Shown: positions 19,237 to 29,093, counted from the first letter of the stretch. The stretch: 64,000 bases of DNA from Bdellovibrionales bacterium (GCA_041690295.1 JAWLHR010000007.1:60019-124018); one strand, 5' to 3'. Notes: generated by a model from the sequence alone, not told the origin. Numbers and translations are program-made.

Positions 19237-20109
19237 TTACGGAGTCTGCGGATTCGCACCTGGGACTCCCGTCGGGGTTTTAGGTTTGGGGTTATTGGGA
19301 TTTCGGATCGCCGCCACCGTGGTCATGCGCAACGTTTTATCTTTAGCTTTCGGGTCCGGATCTTTAATTTCAATGGTGACTTCCACGGCGTAGGGAAACT
19401 TCCCTCGCGTCACATCGTCCGCGCCTTCGCTGGACGACCAAGCCGTCAGCCATTCATCGCCTTTATCCGGGCCCAAATAGCGCAAGCGGAACTCCGTGAC
19501 ATTTTCCAGTAGCACGGTTTCCTGTCCTTCCTTGGTGATGTCTTCGTGGATGTAATTGGACACCCGCCGCCACAGGCATTTGGACGCTTGCTCCTGGGTG
19601 GAGCGCCGGCGGCAAGATTTGATTTTGTAACCGATCTCCGCTTGCGATGAAACCGGAGCGTCCTCGGTCATGCGCACGTTGGAAAGTGAGGTGAAGTCCA
19701 ACTGGTCCTCGGTGCCGATGAACTGAGTGTAGATTTTTTCGGTTTTTAATTTAAAGCGTTCCGCGTCCAGCGCTGGATTCGGTGACGGCACCGGTGTCGG
19801 CGTGGGAGCCGGCCCGGGACTAGGATTCGGCTGCGGGGTGGGTGAGGGCGCGCTCATGGCTTTTTTGCGCTCCTCTTGCGCCTGATTGTAAAGTTCGATG
19901 CTGGGATCACGATAATTGAACGCCATGTTGATATCCCGTTCGATGATGCGAAGGGCGTCCCGAAGCGTGGCGTTCTTGTCGATGTCATGTTGAATTTTCG
20001 TGCGCGTGCGCAGCGCCCGCTGAATCGCTTCCACCGTGAATATCGACAGGAAGGTCAGGATCATCATGGCGATGATCACTTCCAGAAGGGTAAACCCGCG
20101 TTGTTTCAT
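19237..20109 (-). CDS. gspJ: Minor pseudopilin J with a Pro-rich insert
   Basis: RG|FTLLE prepilin site; LLENVTEFRLRY, P.AVEVTI; position in the cluster. Confidence 0.85.
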   Translation of the reverse strand: MKQRGFTLLEVIIAMMILTFLSIFTVEAIQRALRTRTKIQHDIDKNATLRDALRIIERDINMAFNYRDPSIELYNQAQEERKKAMSAPSPTPQPNPSPGPAPTPTPVPSPNPALDAERFKLKTEKIYTQFIGTEDQLDFTSLSNVRMTEDAPVSSQAEIGYKIKSCRRRSTQEQASKCLWRRVSNYIHEDITKEGQETVLLENVTEFRLRYLGPDKGDEWLTAWSSSEGADDVTRGKFPYAVEVTIEIKDPDPKAKDKTLRMTTVAAIRNPNNPKPKTPTGVPGANPQTP

Positions 20110-20615
20110 GGCCCGGCACCACTCGCCGCGGCGCCCGCGAAGTCCCGCGTGTAATCCACGAAATACTGAGTGGCGGAGAATTCCACCTCTTTTCCGCGGC
20201 TGGATACGTAAATCGTGACCTTCACTTCCTTGATCACGCGGTTCAGATATTCGGTCATTTGCTTAATCATGGAGATCAGGGTTTCCGGCGCGCCATCCTC
20301 TTGCGCCACCAACAGGGGCGTCAGATCGGGAAACTCGACCTCACGGCTCTGCATGGTCCAACGATACTGGGGATAATCATTCTCGAAATCGCCGCTTTCT
20401 TCCTCGGGGATTTCACTGAGCGGCTTGTCTTTGTATTTGGCCTCGACTTCGGCCATCTTGCGCTCCAGCAATGTGGCCACGTTGTTGTACATATTGGCCT
20501 TGCGCAGTCGAAGGAAATTTCCACCCCACGCCATGTTCAAGGCAATGATGGAACCCGCCAGAATGATCAGCGACACCAAAACTTCAAGTAAGGTGAAACC
20601 GGCGTTTTTCTTCAT
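20106..20615 (-). CDS. gspI: Minor pseudopilin I
   Basis: AG|FTLLEVL prepilin site; SGDFE..YRW; position in the cluster. Confidence 0.8.
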   Translation of the reverse strand: MKKNAGFTLLEVLVSLIILAGSIIALNMAWGGNFLRLRKANMYNNVATLLERKMAEVEAKYKDKPLSEIPEEESGDFENDYPQYRWTMQSREVEFPDLTPLLVAQEDGAPETLISMIKQMTEYLNRVIKEVKVTIYVSSRGKEVEFSATQYFVDYTRDFAGAAASGAGP

Positions 20616-21232
20616 TGGTCCGTGATTTCCTTCAGCGAAACGCTTTTACTGATCAACTCGGCGCGGCCGGTGAGCGGATGTATGGCGATCGTCCAGGCTT
20701 GTCCTTTATCACCTTTGATGTGAATCGCGGCTTCATCCACCAGTCCCTGAGGTAAATAGTGGATGAACGCGCGGCCTTCGCTGATGGCGCCGGGAACGCG
20801 CGTGAGTTCAATGCGGTCAAAGGAAAGGCCATGGGGCAATTCACTGGGCTCCTTGACCATTGTGGTATCGATCTCAAAACCCTTGGGATCCTTTTGCTTT
20901 TCCGGATCGTCTTCCTGCAGGCGTTCCCTGGCCCGTTCTTCTTCTTTCTCGCTCATCACGAACTTGGCGTTGCCGCGCTCAACCCAGTACTTGTGCTCGA
21001 CTTTTCTGGTGCCATCGCCGGGCTCGCCCAAATCCAGCACCAAACGGTAAGTGACTCCGTTCAATTTGGCGCGCGTGTGTAATTCGCGGCTTAAAACCGT
21101 GAATTTGCGCAAAAATGACTTGGTATCGGTGTTGCGATTGTTGATGTAGGAAATCGCTAATCCGATCGTGCCCGCGATAATTGCGGTCACGATCATCATT
21201 TCAATCAAGGTGATCCCGTTGGAGTTCCTCAA
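20612..21232 (-). CDS. gspH: Minor pseudopilin H
   Basis: NG|ITLIE prepilin site; YLPQG..I.PLTGR C-terminal pattern. Confidence 0.8.
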   Translation of the reverse strand: MRNSNGITLIEMMIVTAIIAGTIGLAISYINNRNTDTKSFLRKFTVLSRELHTRAKLNGVTYRLVLDLGEPGDGTRKVEHKYWVERGNAKFVMSEKEEERARERLQEDDPEKQKDPKGFEIDTTMVKEPSELPHGLSFDRIELTRVPGAISEGRAFIHYLPQGLVDEAAIHIKGDKGQAWTIAIHPLTGRAELISKSVSLKEITDQ

Positions 21233-21255
21233 TGAACCTCCTCGGTTCCCGGCTT

Positions 21256-21663
21256 TTACTGATCGGAAGTGATATCGGCCGCGTCGCCCGTTCCGCCTTC
21301 ACGTCTGTCGGAACCCAAGCTCTTAAGAATGTAAGTGTTCCCTGTCGATTCATAAATGAAGTCATTGCCCCAGGGATCTTTATTCACTTTTTTAATGTAG
21401 GGATCGGGACCCCAGTTGGAGCAACTGGAAGGAGCCGTGACTAAGGCTTCCAAACCTTCTTCGGTGCTCGGGTAGCCGTTGCAGTCAGTGAAGTACAGAT
21501 CCAACGCCTTTCCGTACTCGGCGATCTGAATTTTCGCCTGACGGATTTTAGCCGATTTCAATCGGCCGGTGACTTGTCCAGCCAAAATCACGATCAAACC
21601 TCCCAGGATCACGAGAACGATCATGATTTCCAACAGCGTCATACCTTTATTGTTACGGATCAT
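21256..21663 (-). CDS. gspG: Major pseudopilin G
   Basis: KG|MTLLEIM, ALDLY, YPSTEEGLEALV, KDPWGN, SLGSD..EGG.G..ADI. Confidence 0.95.
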   Translation of the reverse strand: MIRNNKGMTLLEIMIVLVILGGLIVILAGQVTGRLKSAKIRQAKIQIAEYGKALDLYFTDCNGYPSTEEGLEALVTAPSSCSNWGPDPYIKKVNKDPWGNDFIYESTGNTYILKSLGSDRREGGTGDAADITSDQ

Positions 21664-21696
21664 GGATACTCCTTTAAATTTCCAAAAATTTTTAAA

Positions 21697-22917
21697 CTAT
21701 CCACCCAAGCTCGACAATTGAATCATCGGAATCATAATCGCAAAAACAATGATCCCGATAACGCAACCCATCACTACAATCATGATCGGTTCGAGCAGCG
21801 AGGTCAATCCATCAATCGCAGTTTTAACTTGGAAGTCATAGCTATCACTCACTTGCAAAAGCATGTTTTCCAACTCGCCAGTTTTTTCTCCGATGTTAAT
21901 CATGTGAATCACGATCGGAGGAAACTGTCCCGATTTTTTCAACGGCCCCGCGATGGATTCACCCTCGGAAATATTATCTCGGGCCAAATCAATCGCCTTA
22001 CCGATAACTTCGTTATCTACCACATTGCGCACGATCGTCATAGCGGAGAGCATGGGCACACCGCCCGTCAGCAAGGTGGATAATGTACGAGTGAAGCGGC
22101 TGACGGCCACTGTACGGCTGATTTTGCCTAAAACGGGAATTTTGAGAAAAATCGCGTCCCACTGCGCCCGTCCCGCCGGTGTGGCTTTCCAGTTTCTAAA
22201 TAAGAGCCACGTCAGAAAACCAAAACCAATTAAGATATGCCAGTAATTCACCAAAAATCCGCTGATGTCGATAATAACGACGGTGTACCACGGCAATTTC
22301 AACTCAGGGGAGGACTCAAACACCGTCACCATGCGCGGAATCACGTAAATAAACAAAACCGCGAGAAGGATCATGGTGAAGACCAACATGATGATCGGGT
22401 AGAGGAGCGCCGAACGCACTTTCGCGGTCAATGCGGTTTGCGCCTCTTTGAATTCGGCGAGTCTGATAAGGATGGAATCCAGCGTCCCCGAAGTTTCGCC
22501 CGCCTCACACATGGAAACATAAATGCGGTCGAAAACTTTGGGATACTTGGCCAGCGCTTTGTGAAAAGCGCCGCCTTCATTCACCATATTTTTAATGTCC
22601 GCCACCACGGCGGCCAAAAACGGGTTATCAACCTGTTCGGAGACCGCGTTCAATGAGTCCACGAGCGGAATATTGGCTTTGATCAAGGTGGCCAGCTGGC
22701 GGGTCATCATCGATAATTCGCTGACACTGACGCCTCTGTTCGAGCCGCGCCGCCGCCCATCCACTTTTTTGGCGGAGCGGGATTTGTCTCTCAGGTCGGT
22801 GACGTAAATTCCGTCTTTTTTCAGTTTCAGCTTGGCGGCGCGCTGGTTGTCCGCGTCCACCATGCCTCTGACATTGCGACCGTCTTTGTTCAATCCGCGA
22901 TATTCGTAAACCGGCAT
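21697..22917 (-). CDS. gspF: T2SS inner-membrane platform protein F
   Basis: TRQLATL, AGETSGTLD, ALLYP, GEKTGELE, LLEP. Confidence 0.95.
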   Translation of the reverse strand: MPVYEYRGLNKDGRNVRGMVDADNQRAAKLKLKKDGIYVTDLRDKSRSAKKVDGRRRGSNRGVSVSELSMMTRQLATLIKANIPLVDSLNAVSEQVDNPFLAAVVADIKNMVNEGGAFHKALAKYPKVFDRIYVSMCEAGETSGTLDSILIRLAEFKEAQTALTAKVRSALLYPIIMLVFTMILLAVLFIYVIPRMVTVFESSPELKLPWYTVVIIDISGFLVNYWHILIGFGFLTWLLFRNWKATPAGRAQWDAIFLKIPVLGKISRTVAVSRFTRTLSTLLTGGVPMLSAMTIVRNVVDNEVIGKAIDLARDNISEGESIAGPLKKSGQFPPIVIHMINIGEKTGELENMLLQVSDSYDFQVKTAIDGLTSLLEPIMIVVMGCVIGIIVFAIMIPMIQLSSLGG

Positions 22918-24602
22918 TACAGATCCAGTTGCGTGTTGGTGAGAACTTCTTCGATGGTTGTGACGCCATCGAGGACCTTCTGAATTCCGTGCTCACGGAA
23001 TGTGATCATCCCTTGACGGATCGCCTCATTCTTGATGGTCGCCCCGTCTTTCCGTTGCATGATCAGGCTGCGAATGTTGTCGTTCACCATCATGAGTTCC
23101 TGAATGACCGTCCGGCCGATATAACCCTTTTGATTGCAATGATTGCAGCCGACGGCGCGATGAATGTTCGCGTCACGCACTCTTTCCCGAGTGAGTTCCA
23201 ACGATCTCAACTCCACATCGGTGGGCGTGTAGGGTTCCTTGCAATGGGGACAAAGCACCCGCACCAAACGTTGGGCGCCGACGGCGATGAGGGATGTGGC
23301 GATCAAAAACGGCTCGCAACCCATATCGATCAAGCGGGGAAAAGCGCCGGCCGAGTCGTTGGTGTGCAGCGTGGAGAGCACCAAGTGACCGGTCAGAGAG
23401 GCATTGATCGCGATTTCCGCGGTTTCCAAATCCCGAATCTCACCGATCATCACCACGTCAGGGTCTTGACGCAGAATCGAGCGCAAACCACTGGCGAAGG
23501 TCAGACCGATTTTTGAATTCACTTGAATCTGGCCGATCCCGTGAATCCGTTGTTCCACCGGGTCTTCAACGGTGATGATGTTAATGTCAGGTTTATTGAT
23601 TTTGCTCAGGGCCGCGTAGAGCGTGGTCGATTTACCGCTACCGGTCGGGCCAGTCACGAGCACGATTCCGTAAGTTTTCTCCAGAATCGAATCCAGCTTT
23701 TTGAGGGAGTCCGGTGAAAAACCCAGTTGTTCCAGCTCCAACACCACATTGGAGCGGTCCTGCAGACGAAGCACCAGGCGCTCACCAAAGGCCGTGGGAA
23801 TCGAACTCAAACGGACATCGATATCCTTGCCGGCCAGTTTTAGCGGAATCCGTCCGTCCTGGGGCAAGCGTTTTTCCGCGATATTCAGATTGCCCATGAC
23901 CTTGATACGGGACGTGATGGCATTTTGCAGTTTTTTGGGCGGTTTAAATATATCAAAGAGAACACCGTCGATACGGAAGCGGACCACCATATCGCGTTCA
24001 TAGGGCTCGATGTGAATATCCGAGGCCTTTTCTTTCACGGCACGAAAGAGCAACGTGTTCACCAATTTGATCACGGGTGCGTCATCGTCGCCGGATTCCA
24101 AAAGGTCGATCACCGGATCGTCGAGATCCACTTCCTCACTATCGATGTCATCAAGGCCTTCCAGGGCCGCCGTGCTTTTTTCGTAAACCCGGTTAATGGC
24201 ATCTTGAATACGGCTCGACGTCGTGGCCAAAGGATGAACTCTTTTGCCGAATTTAACCCTTAAATCCTCAAGGGCCTTGTGGTTGATCGGATTCGTGGTC
24301 AAAACCACGACTTTGTCGCTTTCCTCTTTGAAAGGAAGCACTTCCTGGCTTTTGGCGTAATTGATCGGGATGCCGCGAACGAGATCGACGGGAATGTCAT
24401 TCACCGGAATGTCCTTGATGAAATCCACTCCGAGATGCTTGCACAGCTCCGCCATGGCCTCTTCCGGCGTGTTAAAATTGATTTTGTTCAGGACATCGGA
24501 ATAAAGCTGCCCCTTGGGCGTCGTGGAGCGCATTAAAGTGGCGAGCTGATCATCAGTGATGCTCGTCCCTTTTTTTATAAGTGTTTCAAATGCTGCGGCC
24601 AT
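22917..24602 (-). CDS. gspE: T2SS ATPase E
   Basis: ASDIHIEP, RLPQDGR, GPTGSGKSTT, LRQDPDVVMIGEIRD, LTGHLVLSTLHTN, CPHC/CNHC. Confidence 0.97.
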   Translation of the reverse strand: MAAAFETLIKKGTSITDDQLATLMRSTTPKGQLYSDVLNKINFNTPEEAMAELCKHLGVDFIKDIPVNDIPVDLVRGIPINYAKSQEVLPFKEESDKVVVLTTNPINHKALEDLRVKFGKRVHPLATTSSRIQDAINRVYEKSTAALEGLDDIDSEEVDLDDPVIDLLESGDDDAPVIKLVNTLLFRAVKEKASDIHIEPYERDMVVRFRIDGVLFDIFKPPKKLQNAITSRIKVMGNLNIAEKRLPQDGRIPLKLAGKDIDVRLSSIPTAFGERLVLRLQDRSNVVLELEQLGFSPDSLKKLDSILEKTYGIVLVTGPTGSGKSTTLYAALSKINKPDINIITVEDPVEQRIHGIGQIQVNSKIGLTFASGLRSILRQDPDVVMIGEIRDLETAEIAINASLTGHLVLSTLHTNDSAGAFPRLIDMGCEPFLIATSLIAVGAQRLVRVLCPHCKEPYTPTDVELRSLELTRERVRDANIHRAVGCNHCNQKGYIGRTVIQELMMVNDNIRSLIMQRKDGATIKNEAIRQGMITFREHGIQKVLDGVTTIEEVLTNTQLDL

Positions 24603-24617
24603 CCTTAGAGCCGCAGT

Positions 24618-24893
24618 CTAATCTGTTTTTTGGATTTTGTCTTTAGGAATTACGGTTAAGTGGTTTTTGCGACGAATTCCGTCCTCACACTCGGGACAAC
24701 CGCGATAGGTGAAGCCCGCTTCGGTGAGTTCGTCGTCAAGTTCAACGTAATTGTACTCCACGGTCTCCACCGACGCCGGGCCCCGTGTGGCTCGGGATTG
24801 TTTAAACATCGTGCTTTCCGCCGCCGAGGGGGAGAGAGTCTCCGCCTCGAGCTGGGGAAATGTGAACATTAAAAGAAAAATCAAACCGGCCAT
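24618..24893 (-). CDS. Small exported hypothetical protein with CPEC, inserted between gspD and gspE
   Basis: Fills the gspD-gspE gap on the same strand; hydrophobic N-terminus; RGPAS and CPEC motifs. Confidence 0.55.
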   Translation of the reverse strand: MAGLIFLLMFTFPQLEAETLSPSAAESTMFKQSRATRGPASVETVEYNYVELDDELTEAGFTYRGCPECEDGIRRKNHLTVIPKDKIQKTD

Positions 24894-24901
24894 GGATTTC
24901 C

Positions 24902-27085
24902 TCAAAACGTTTCAATCGCGGGCTCTTCGGCGTCCATCGGCGGCGCGCTCAAACTGGATTTTTGTCGAGGTAGCGCGTCTATGTATTTGCCGTGCGGATC
25001 CCGCCCGTTCATGTTCTGTTGAATGAATTCAATCCGTTCGTTGATCTTTTCATCCACCAAAGCCGTGTTCTGCGCCGGATTGCGCACGATTTTGGGAGTG
25101 ATAAAGACCACGAGATTGGTTTTCGTGCGTGACGTGCTCTTGGACTTAAAGAGCCATCCGATCAGCGGAATATCGCCGAGAATGGGCACTTTTTTAACCG
25201 TTTCACGGTCATCGTCCTTCATCAATCCGCCGAGCACCGCCGTATCGCCGCTGTTGACTACGATTTGAGTTTCAATTTTACGGGTGGATGTGGCGATCGA
25301 TGTTTTGGCCAGCTCGGACGCCTTGATGTCCACATCCTGAAGATCGTTGACTTCTTGATTGATCTTCATTTGCACCGTGTCGGTATCCGGCGAGATGTAC
25401 GGGGTGATTTCCAATTTGGTGGTCACGTTTTCCCGTTCCACGTTGTTGGTGGTGATACCGGCTGTCGTGGTGCCTTGATTCAAGGACACCGGAACCCGCG
25501 CACCGACTTCGATCATGGATTTCTCATTATCCAGCGCCATGATTTGCGGCGTGGACAAAATGTTGGCATTGGACGTCGATTTCAGCAGGTTGATCATGCC
25601 CGCGAGACTGGTCACTTTGAACGTTCCCACCGCGGGAATTTCGATGTCCATCACGCCGCCGGAACCGAATCCGAGAATGGCGCCTTGATCGTTATTCGGG
25701 TTGGTCAGGGAAGTGAGATCCTGCGATGAGCGGAAACCAATACGGCCGATACCGTTCGTGTCGGCAGCGAATTTGTAGTAATCCACGCCCCACGAGGTGG
25801 TGTTGACCGCGTTCATTTCCATGATGATGGTCTTGATGAACACCTGATCCCGCGGAATATCGATTTTTTGCAGCAGGTTTTTAATGGTTTCATAATCCTG
25901 CTTGCTGGCGACAATAATCAGACTGTTGGTGTTCTTGTCGGCCGAGATTTTCACGTCGCTACCGAAGATCGCGGTCGGCGCGGGGCCCACTTGCACCTGG
26001 CCCGCGGGGCCGCCGATGATCGGCGCGGTTTTCGCCTGGGTGGCTTGTTCCTGGGCTTTGCGTGACTCCGAAGCGATGCCGTTTAAAACATTGGCGATGG
26101 TTTCCGCTTCGCCATGGCGGAGATAGTAGACGAAAAATCCGCCTTGTTCGTCAGGGCGCATGGGATAATCCAGGCGGCTGATGAGGCGTCGGATTTTTTC
26201 GATCCCGGCTTTGTTACCAACCACGATGATCGAATTGGTGCGCTCGTCGGGAACAACCAGGCTGTAGACTTCGGCTCCCGAACCGCCACCCGTATCCGGC
26301 TGGCCGGCGGGGCGAAAGCGAGGCACGCCGCCGAACTGGGTTTTCTTTTCACCTTTGTTGATGATCTGGTCCACGAGGTCGGCGATGTCCTTGGCCCGCG
26401 CGTAACGCACGCGGATCACTTCCATTTGTTCCTCGAAACCTTGCACGTCCAGTTGCTCGATGATCTTCATGATCCGGTCCATGTTGGCGCCGTAATCGGA
26501 AATAATCAGCGAGTTGGTGGGCGTGTAGGGGACCAGTTCCCCGTTGGTGGATGTGAGAATTCGAAGCTGTTTGTTCACTTCTTCGGCGCTGATGTATTTG
26601 AGCTTCACGATCCGGGTGATCATTTGATCGGCGGTGGGGTAGTAAGGACCGGAAAAGGTGTCGATGTTGTCACGCTGGGCGGCTCGGGCCTGTTTGATTT
26701 TATAAAAACCGTCTCCCGGCACGACCGCCAGTCCGTTAATGGCGAGCGCCGAAAGAAACGCCTTGTACGCCTCGGCCACGGTGATCCGCGAGGGCGCGAT
26801 GATCGTGATTTTCCCTCGCACCTGCGGGTCCACGATGAAGTTCTTGCCGGTGAGTTCGGAAATGGCCTTGATCACGTCAGCGATATCGGCGTTCGGATAA
26901 TCGAACGACTCGATCATGTCGGGGAAATTTTCGTTGGTAATGTCCTCGATTCCGGCTTGGGCCATGTCTTTGCCGGTTTTCTTGGAGACAAAGCCTTCAT
27001 CTCTCTTGGGAGCCGCGGGCCCTTGCCCGAATGCCGGCGCCGAAATCCCAAAGCCGACCACGATGCCGATCAAGATGCGCTTCAT
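24902..27085 (-). CDS. gspD: T2SS secretin D
   Basis: N0 domain (ADIADVIKAISELTGKNFIVDPQVRGKITI), N repeats (TNSLII), secretin core (NILSTPQI, KVPILGDIPLIGWLF, LVVFITP). Confidence 0.97.
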   Translation of the reverse strand: MKRILIGIVVGFGISAPAFGQGPAAPKRDEGFVSKKTGKDMAQAGIEDITNENFPDMIESFDYPNADIADVIKAISELTGKNFIVDPQVRGKITIIAPSRITVAEAYKAFLSALAINGLAVVPGDGFYKIKQARAAQRDNIDTFSGPYYPTADQMITRIVKLKYISAEEVNKQLRILTSTNGELVPYTPTNSLIISDYGANMDRIMKIIEQLDVQGFEEQMEVIRVRYARAKDIADLVDQIINKGEKKTQFGGVPRFRPAGQPDTGGGSGAEVYSLVVPDERTNSIIVVGNKAGIEKIRRLISRLDYPMRPDEQGGFFVYYLRHGEAETIANVLNGIASESRKAQEQATQAKTAPIIGGPAGQVQVGPAPTAIFGSDVKISADKNTNSLIIVASKQDYETIKNLLQKIDIPRDQVFIKTIIMEMNAVNTTSWGVDYYKFAADTNGIGRIGFRSSQDLTSLTNPNNDQGAILGFGSGGVMDIEIPAVGTFKVTSLAGMINLLKSTSNANILSTPQIMALDNEKSMIEVGARVPVSLNQGTTTAGITTNNVERENVTTKLEITPYISPDTDTVQMKINQEVNDLQDVDIKASELAKTSIATSTRKIETQIVVNSGDTAVLGGLMKDDDRETVKKVPILGDIPLIGWLFKSKSTSRTKTNLVVFITPKIVRNPAQNTALVDEKINERIEFIQQNMNGRDPHGKYIDALPRQKSSLSAPPMDAEEPAIETF

Positions 27086-27123
27086 TCCACCCCTCCTAGG
27101 TTACTTTTAACCACGCCGGATTA

Positions 27124-28074
27124 TTATTCCATTACGTTATAATTAAAAATCTCTTCGCGCCCATTTCGTTCGACGACCAGTCGAATTCGTCCTTCCGATT
27201 TCAATGCGTTGTAAAGCTCCATGGCTTTCGTCGGACTGTTCACTTCTTCATCATTCACGCGTTTGATGACGTCCATGGGTTTAAAACCCAACTTTTCAAA
27301 AATGCTTCCCGGTTGGATGGCCACGAAGCGGAATCCGTCCACTCGGCCGCCGCTGCCGGGAACCGTGTTGGGCACCATGCGCGCCTGCTGCAGAACATTT
27401 CCAAGATCGGCGGTGTACTTGTTGATGTCGGCGCGTCTCATGGTGAAATCAAATTCGCCGGTTTTAATCACTTCCTGATTCGACTGTTGCGGAAGCTCCT
27501 TCATGCCGAAGGTCACCGCGGTGTCTTTGGGGATTTCAATGTACTCAAGGCGGTTGTTGTTGGTGTTTTGGAGAATCACTTTGCGCCGCTCGATCCGAAC
27601 CACCCGCGCCATGCCTTCAATGTCCGAGCCGACGGTGTAGGCGCGCGCTTCATTCTTGGTCTTCAGCGTGATGGTGGCCACCGATCGCTTGGGATTCGAA
27701 TGCACCATCGTGCCTTCCAGCGTGAGCGGCAATTGCGACGGAACGGCATCACCTTGCGCGAGCATCAAACCGGTTTCACCTTGACCCGTCAGCTTGGGCG
27801 GAATCACGCCATCTTCGTTGAAGATGTTGCGCTCGCGAACCGGATTGTAACGACTGATGTCGATCATCTGGCTCCGCACGGGACGCGACGGACGAGAAGG
27901 CGGCGGTTCCGTGGGTAACAATGACGGGCGGATATAAAGTGTTCCGAGATCCGCGATCCAGTAACCGATGAACAGCGCGAGTATGTAAATATAAAAACTT
28001 TCGAATGGCGGACGATTCTTCGGTCCTTTGGGAATTGATGATAAAAAACGTGCGCCGCTCGAGAGAAAACCCAT
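27124..28074 (-). CDS. gspC: T2SS protein C with PDZ domain
   Basis: TM, RNIF motif, HR domain (LTLEGT..ATI..IERRKVIL), PDZ (GSIFEKLGF..DVI..VN). Confidence 0.9.
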   Translation of the reverse strand: MGFLSSGARFLSSIPKGPKNRPPFESFYIYILALFIGYWIADLGTLYIRPSLLPTEPPPSRPSRPVRSQMIDISRYNPVRERNIFNEDGVIPPKLTGQGETGLMLAQGDAVPSQLPLTLEGTMVHSNPKRSVATITLKTKNEARAYTVGSDIEGMARVVRIERRKVILQNTNNNRLEYIEIPKDTAVTFGMKELPQQSNQEVIKTGEFDFTMRRADINKYTADLGNVLQQARMVPNTVPGSGGRVDGFRFVAIQPGSIFEKLGFKPMDVIKRVNDEEVNSPTKAMELYNALKSEGRIRLVVERNGREEIFNYNVME

Positions 28075-28198
28075 TACCTAAGTTTAGCAAATGCCTAGCA
28101 CAAGTCGTCAATTACAACACCATTGAATCATTTTCATGGACATAAGTCGGGTGACACGTGCGGAAGGTAAGCCAAACGTTGTTCGCGGCTCAGCGTGA

Positions 28199-28214
28199 AG
28201 GCACATTGCTTGCT
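28199..28214 (+). promoter_or_regulatory. Putative sigma-54 (-24/-12) promoter
   Basis: AGGCACATTGCTTGCT: GG-N10-GC spacing with both GGCAC and TTGCT halves. Confidence 0.65.
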
Positions 28215-28360
28215 TAAGTGTCATTTTGGGTAGGGGGAGAGAAATTCATCGAAATTTCATCTCCATTAAAAATTTCCGTTAGCGACCGGTCTTTAGGGTG
28301 GGTTCTACCTGGCGGCCGCGGCGGTGAATCAGTTTGAGCAAGAGAGCCGGGGGGGGTCTT

Positions 28361-29071
28361 ATGCGGGAAGCTTTGGTCTTTAATGCGACCAGCAACCTTG
28401 ATTTTCACGATGTTCGTTCCCATGTCGTTCGTATTCCCGAGGTGATTGATCGCATTCGCCAAGCGCAAAAGATTTGGGACGAAATTTCCGATGCGCCGTT
28501 TGATTTGGCCACTTTTGTCTCAGCCGATGACAATCTTTTTCTCAGTCACATCCGTTTGAAAAGTTTCGCCGCGGCGATCGTGCAAGTGGGATTGACGGAC
28601 AGGTATTTGCGACGCCACCACCGGCCGGATTTCATCGTGGGGGCGATGAACGGCGACACCGCGGTGAAAGTGGCCACCGGTGAGATTTCCTTTGAAGACA
28701 TGGTGCGAACCAGTTCGTCGCTGAGCCATATTTATTCCCGGCACTCAAAACCTGTCATGTCGTCGATTGAAACGCCGGTTCTGGCGGGCATTCAGCTCGT
28801 GGAATTCGCGGCTTATCAAAAATCCGAGCGCGGTTATGAGCGAATTCCCATGGCTTCACGTGAGCTAGAGAAAATGGTCGCGGATCTGGTCGAGACCAAA
28901 GATGTCGAACGCGTGATCACCATCGGGCCGGGACATTCCCTCTTCAGTCGGCAGTTGCGGGAACTGACGGGACGAGATGTGCAGATGCTTGAGAGCATCG
29001 AACTTGATCCCATGCTTTATTGGTTTTGGTCCATGGTTCAGGACGACCGTGGAACCGCGATCGCGAATTAA
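28361..29071 (+). CDS. FabD/malonyl-transacylase-like protein lacking the catalytic GHSxG
   Basis: PDFIVGAMNGDTAVKVATGEISFEDMV aligns by eye with PDxxAGHSLGExxAxxxAGxxSFED; VITIGPG matches the ExGPG motif. Confidence 0.55.
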   Translation: MREALVFNATSNLDFHDVRSHVVRIPEVIDRIRQAQKIWDEISDAPFDLATFVSADDNLFLSHIRLKSFAAAIVQVGLTDRYLRRHHRPDFIVGAMNGDTAVKVATGEISFEDMVRTSSSLSHIYSRHSKPVMSSIETPVLAGIQLVEFAAYQKSERGYERIPMASRELEKMVADLVETKDVERVITIGPGHSLFSRQLRELTGRDVQMLESIELDPMLYWFWSMVQDDRGTAIAN

Positions 29072-29077
29072 GACCGG

Positions 29078-29093
29078 CGGCATAGGGATTGCT
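29078..29093 (+). promoter_or_regulatory. Putative sigma-54 promoter for the CBS-domain gene
   Basis: CGGCATAGGGATTGCT: GG-N10-GC, located in a 36-bp intergenic gap. Confidence 0.55.

Noticed and set aside
26114..27142. 342-aa plus-strand ORF
   Set aside because: It is antisense to gspD and has no protein-like features.
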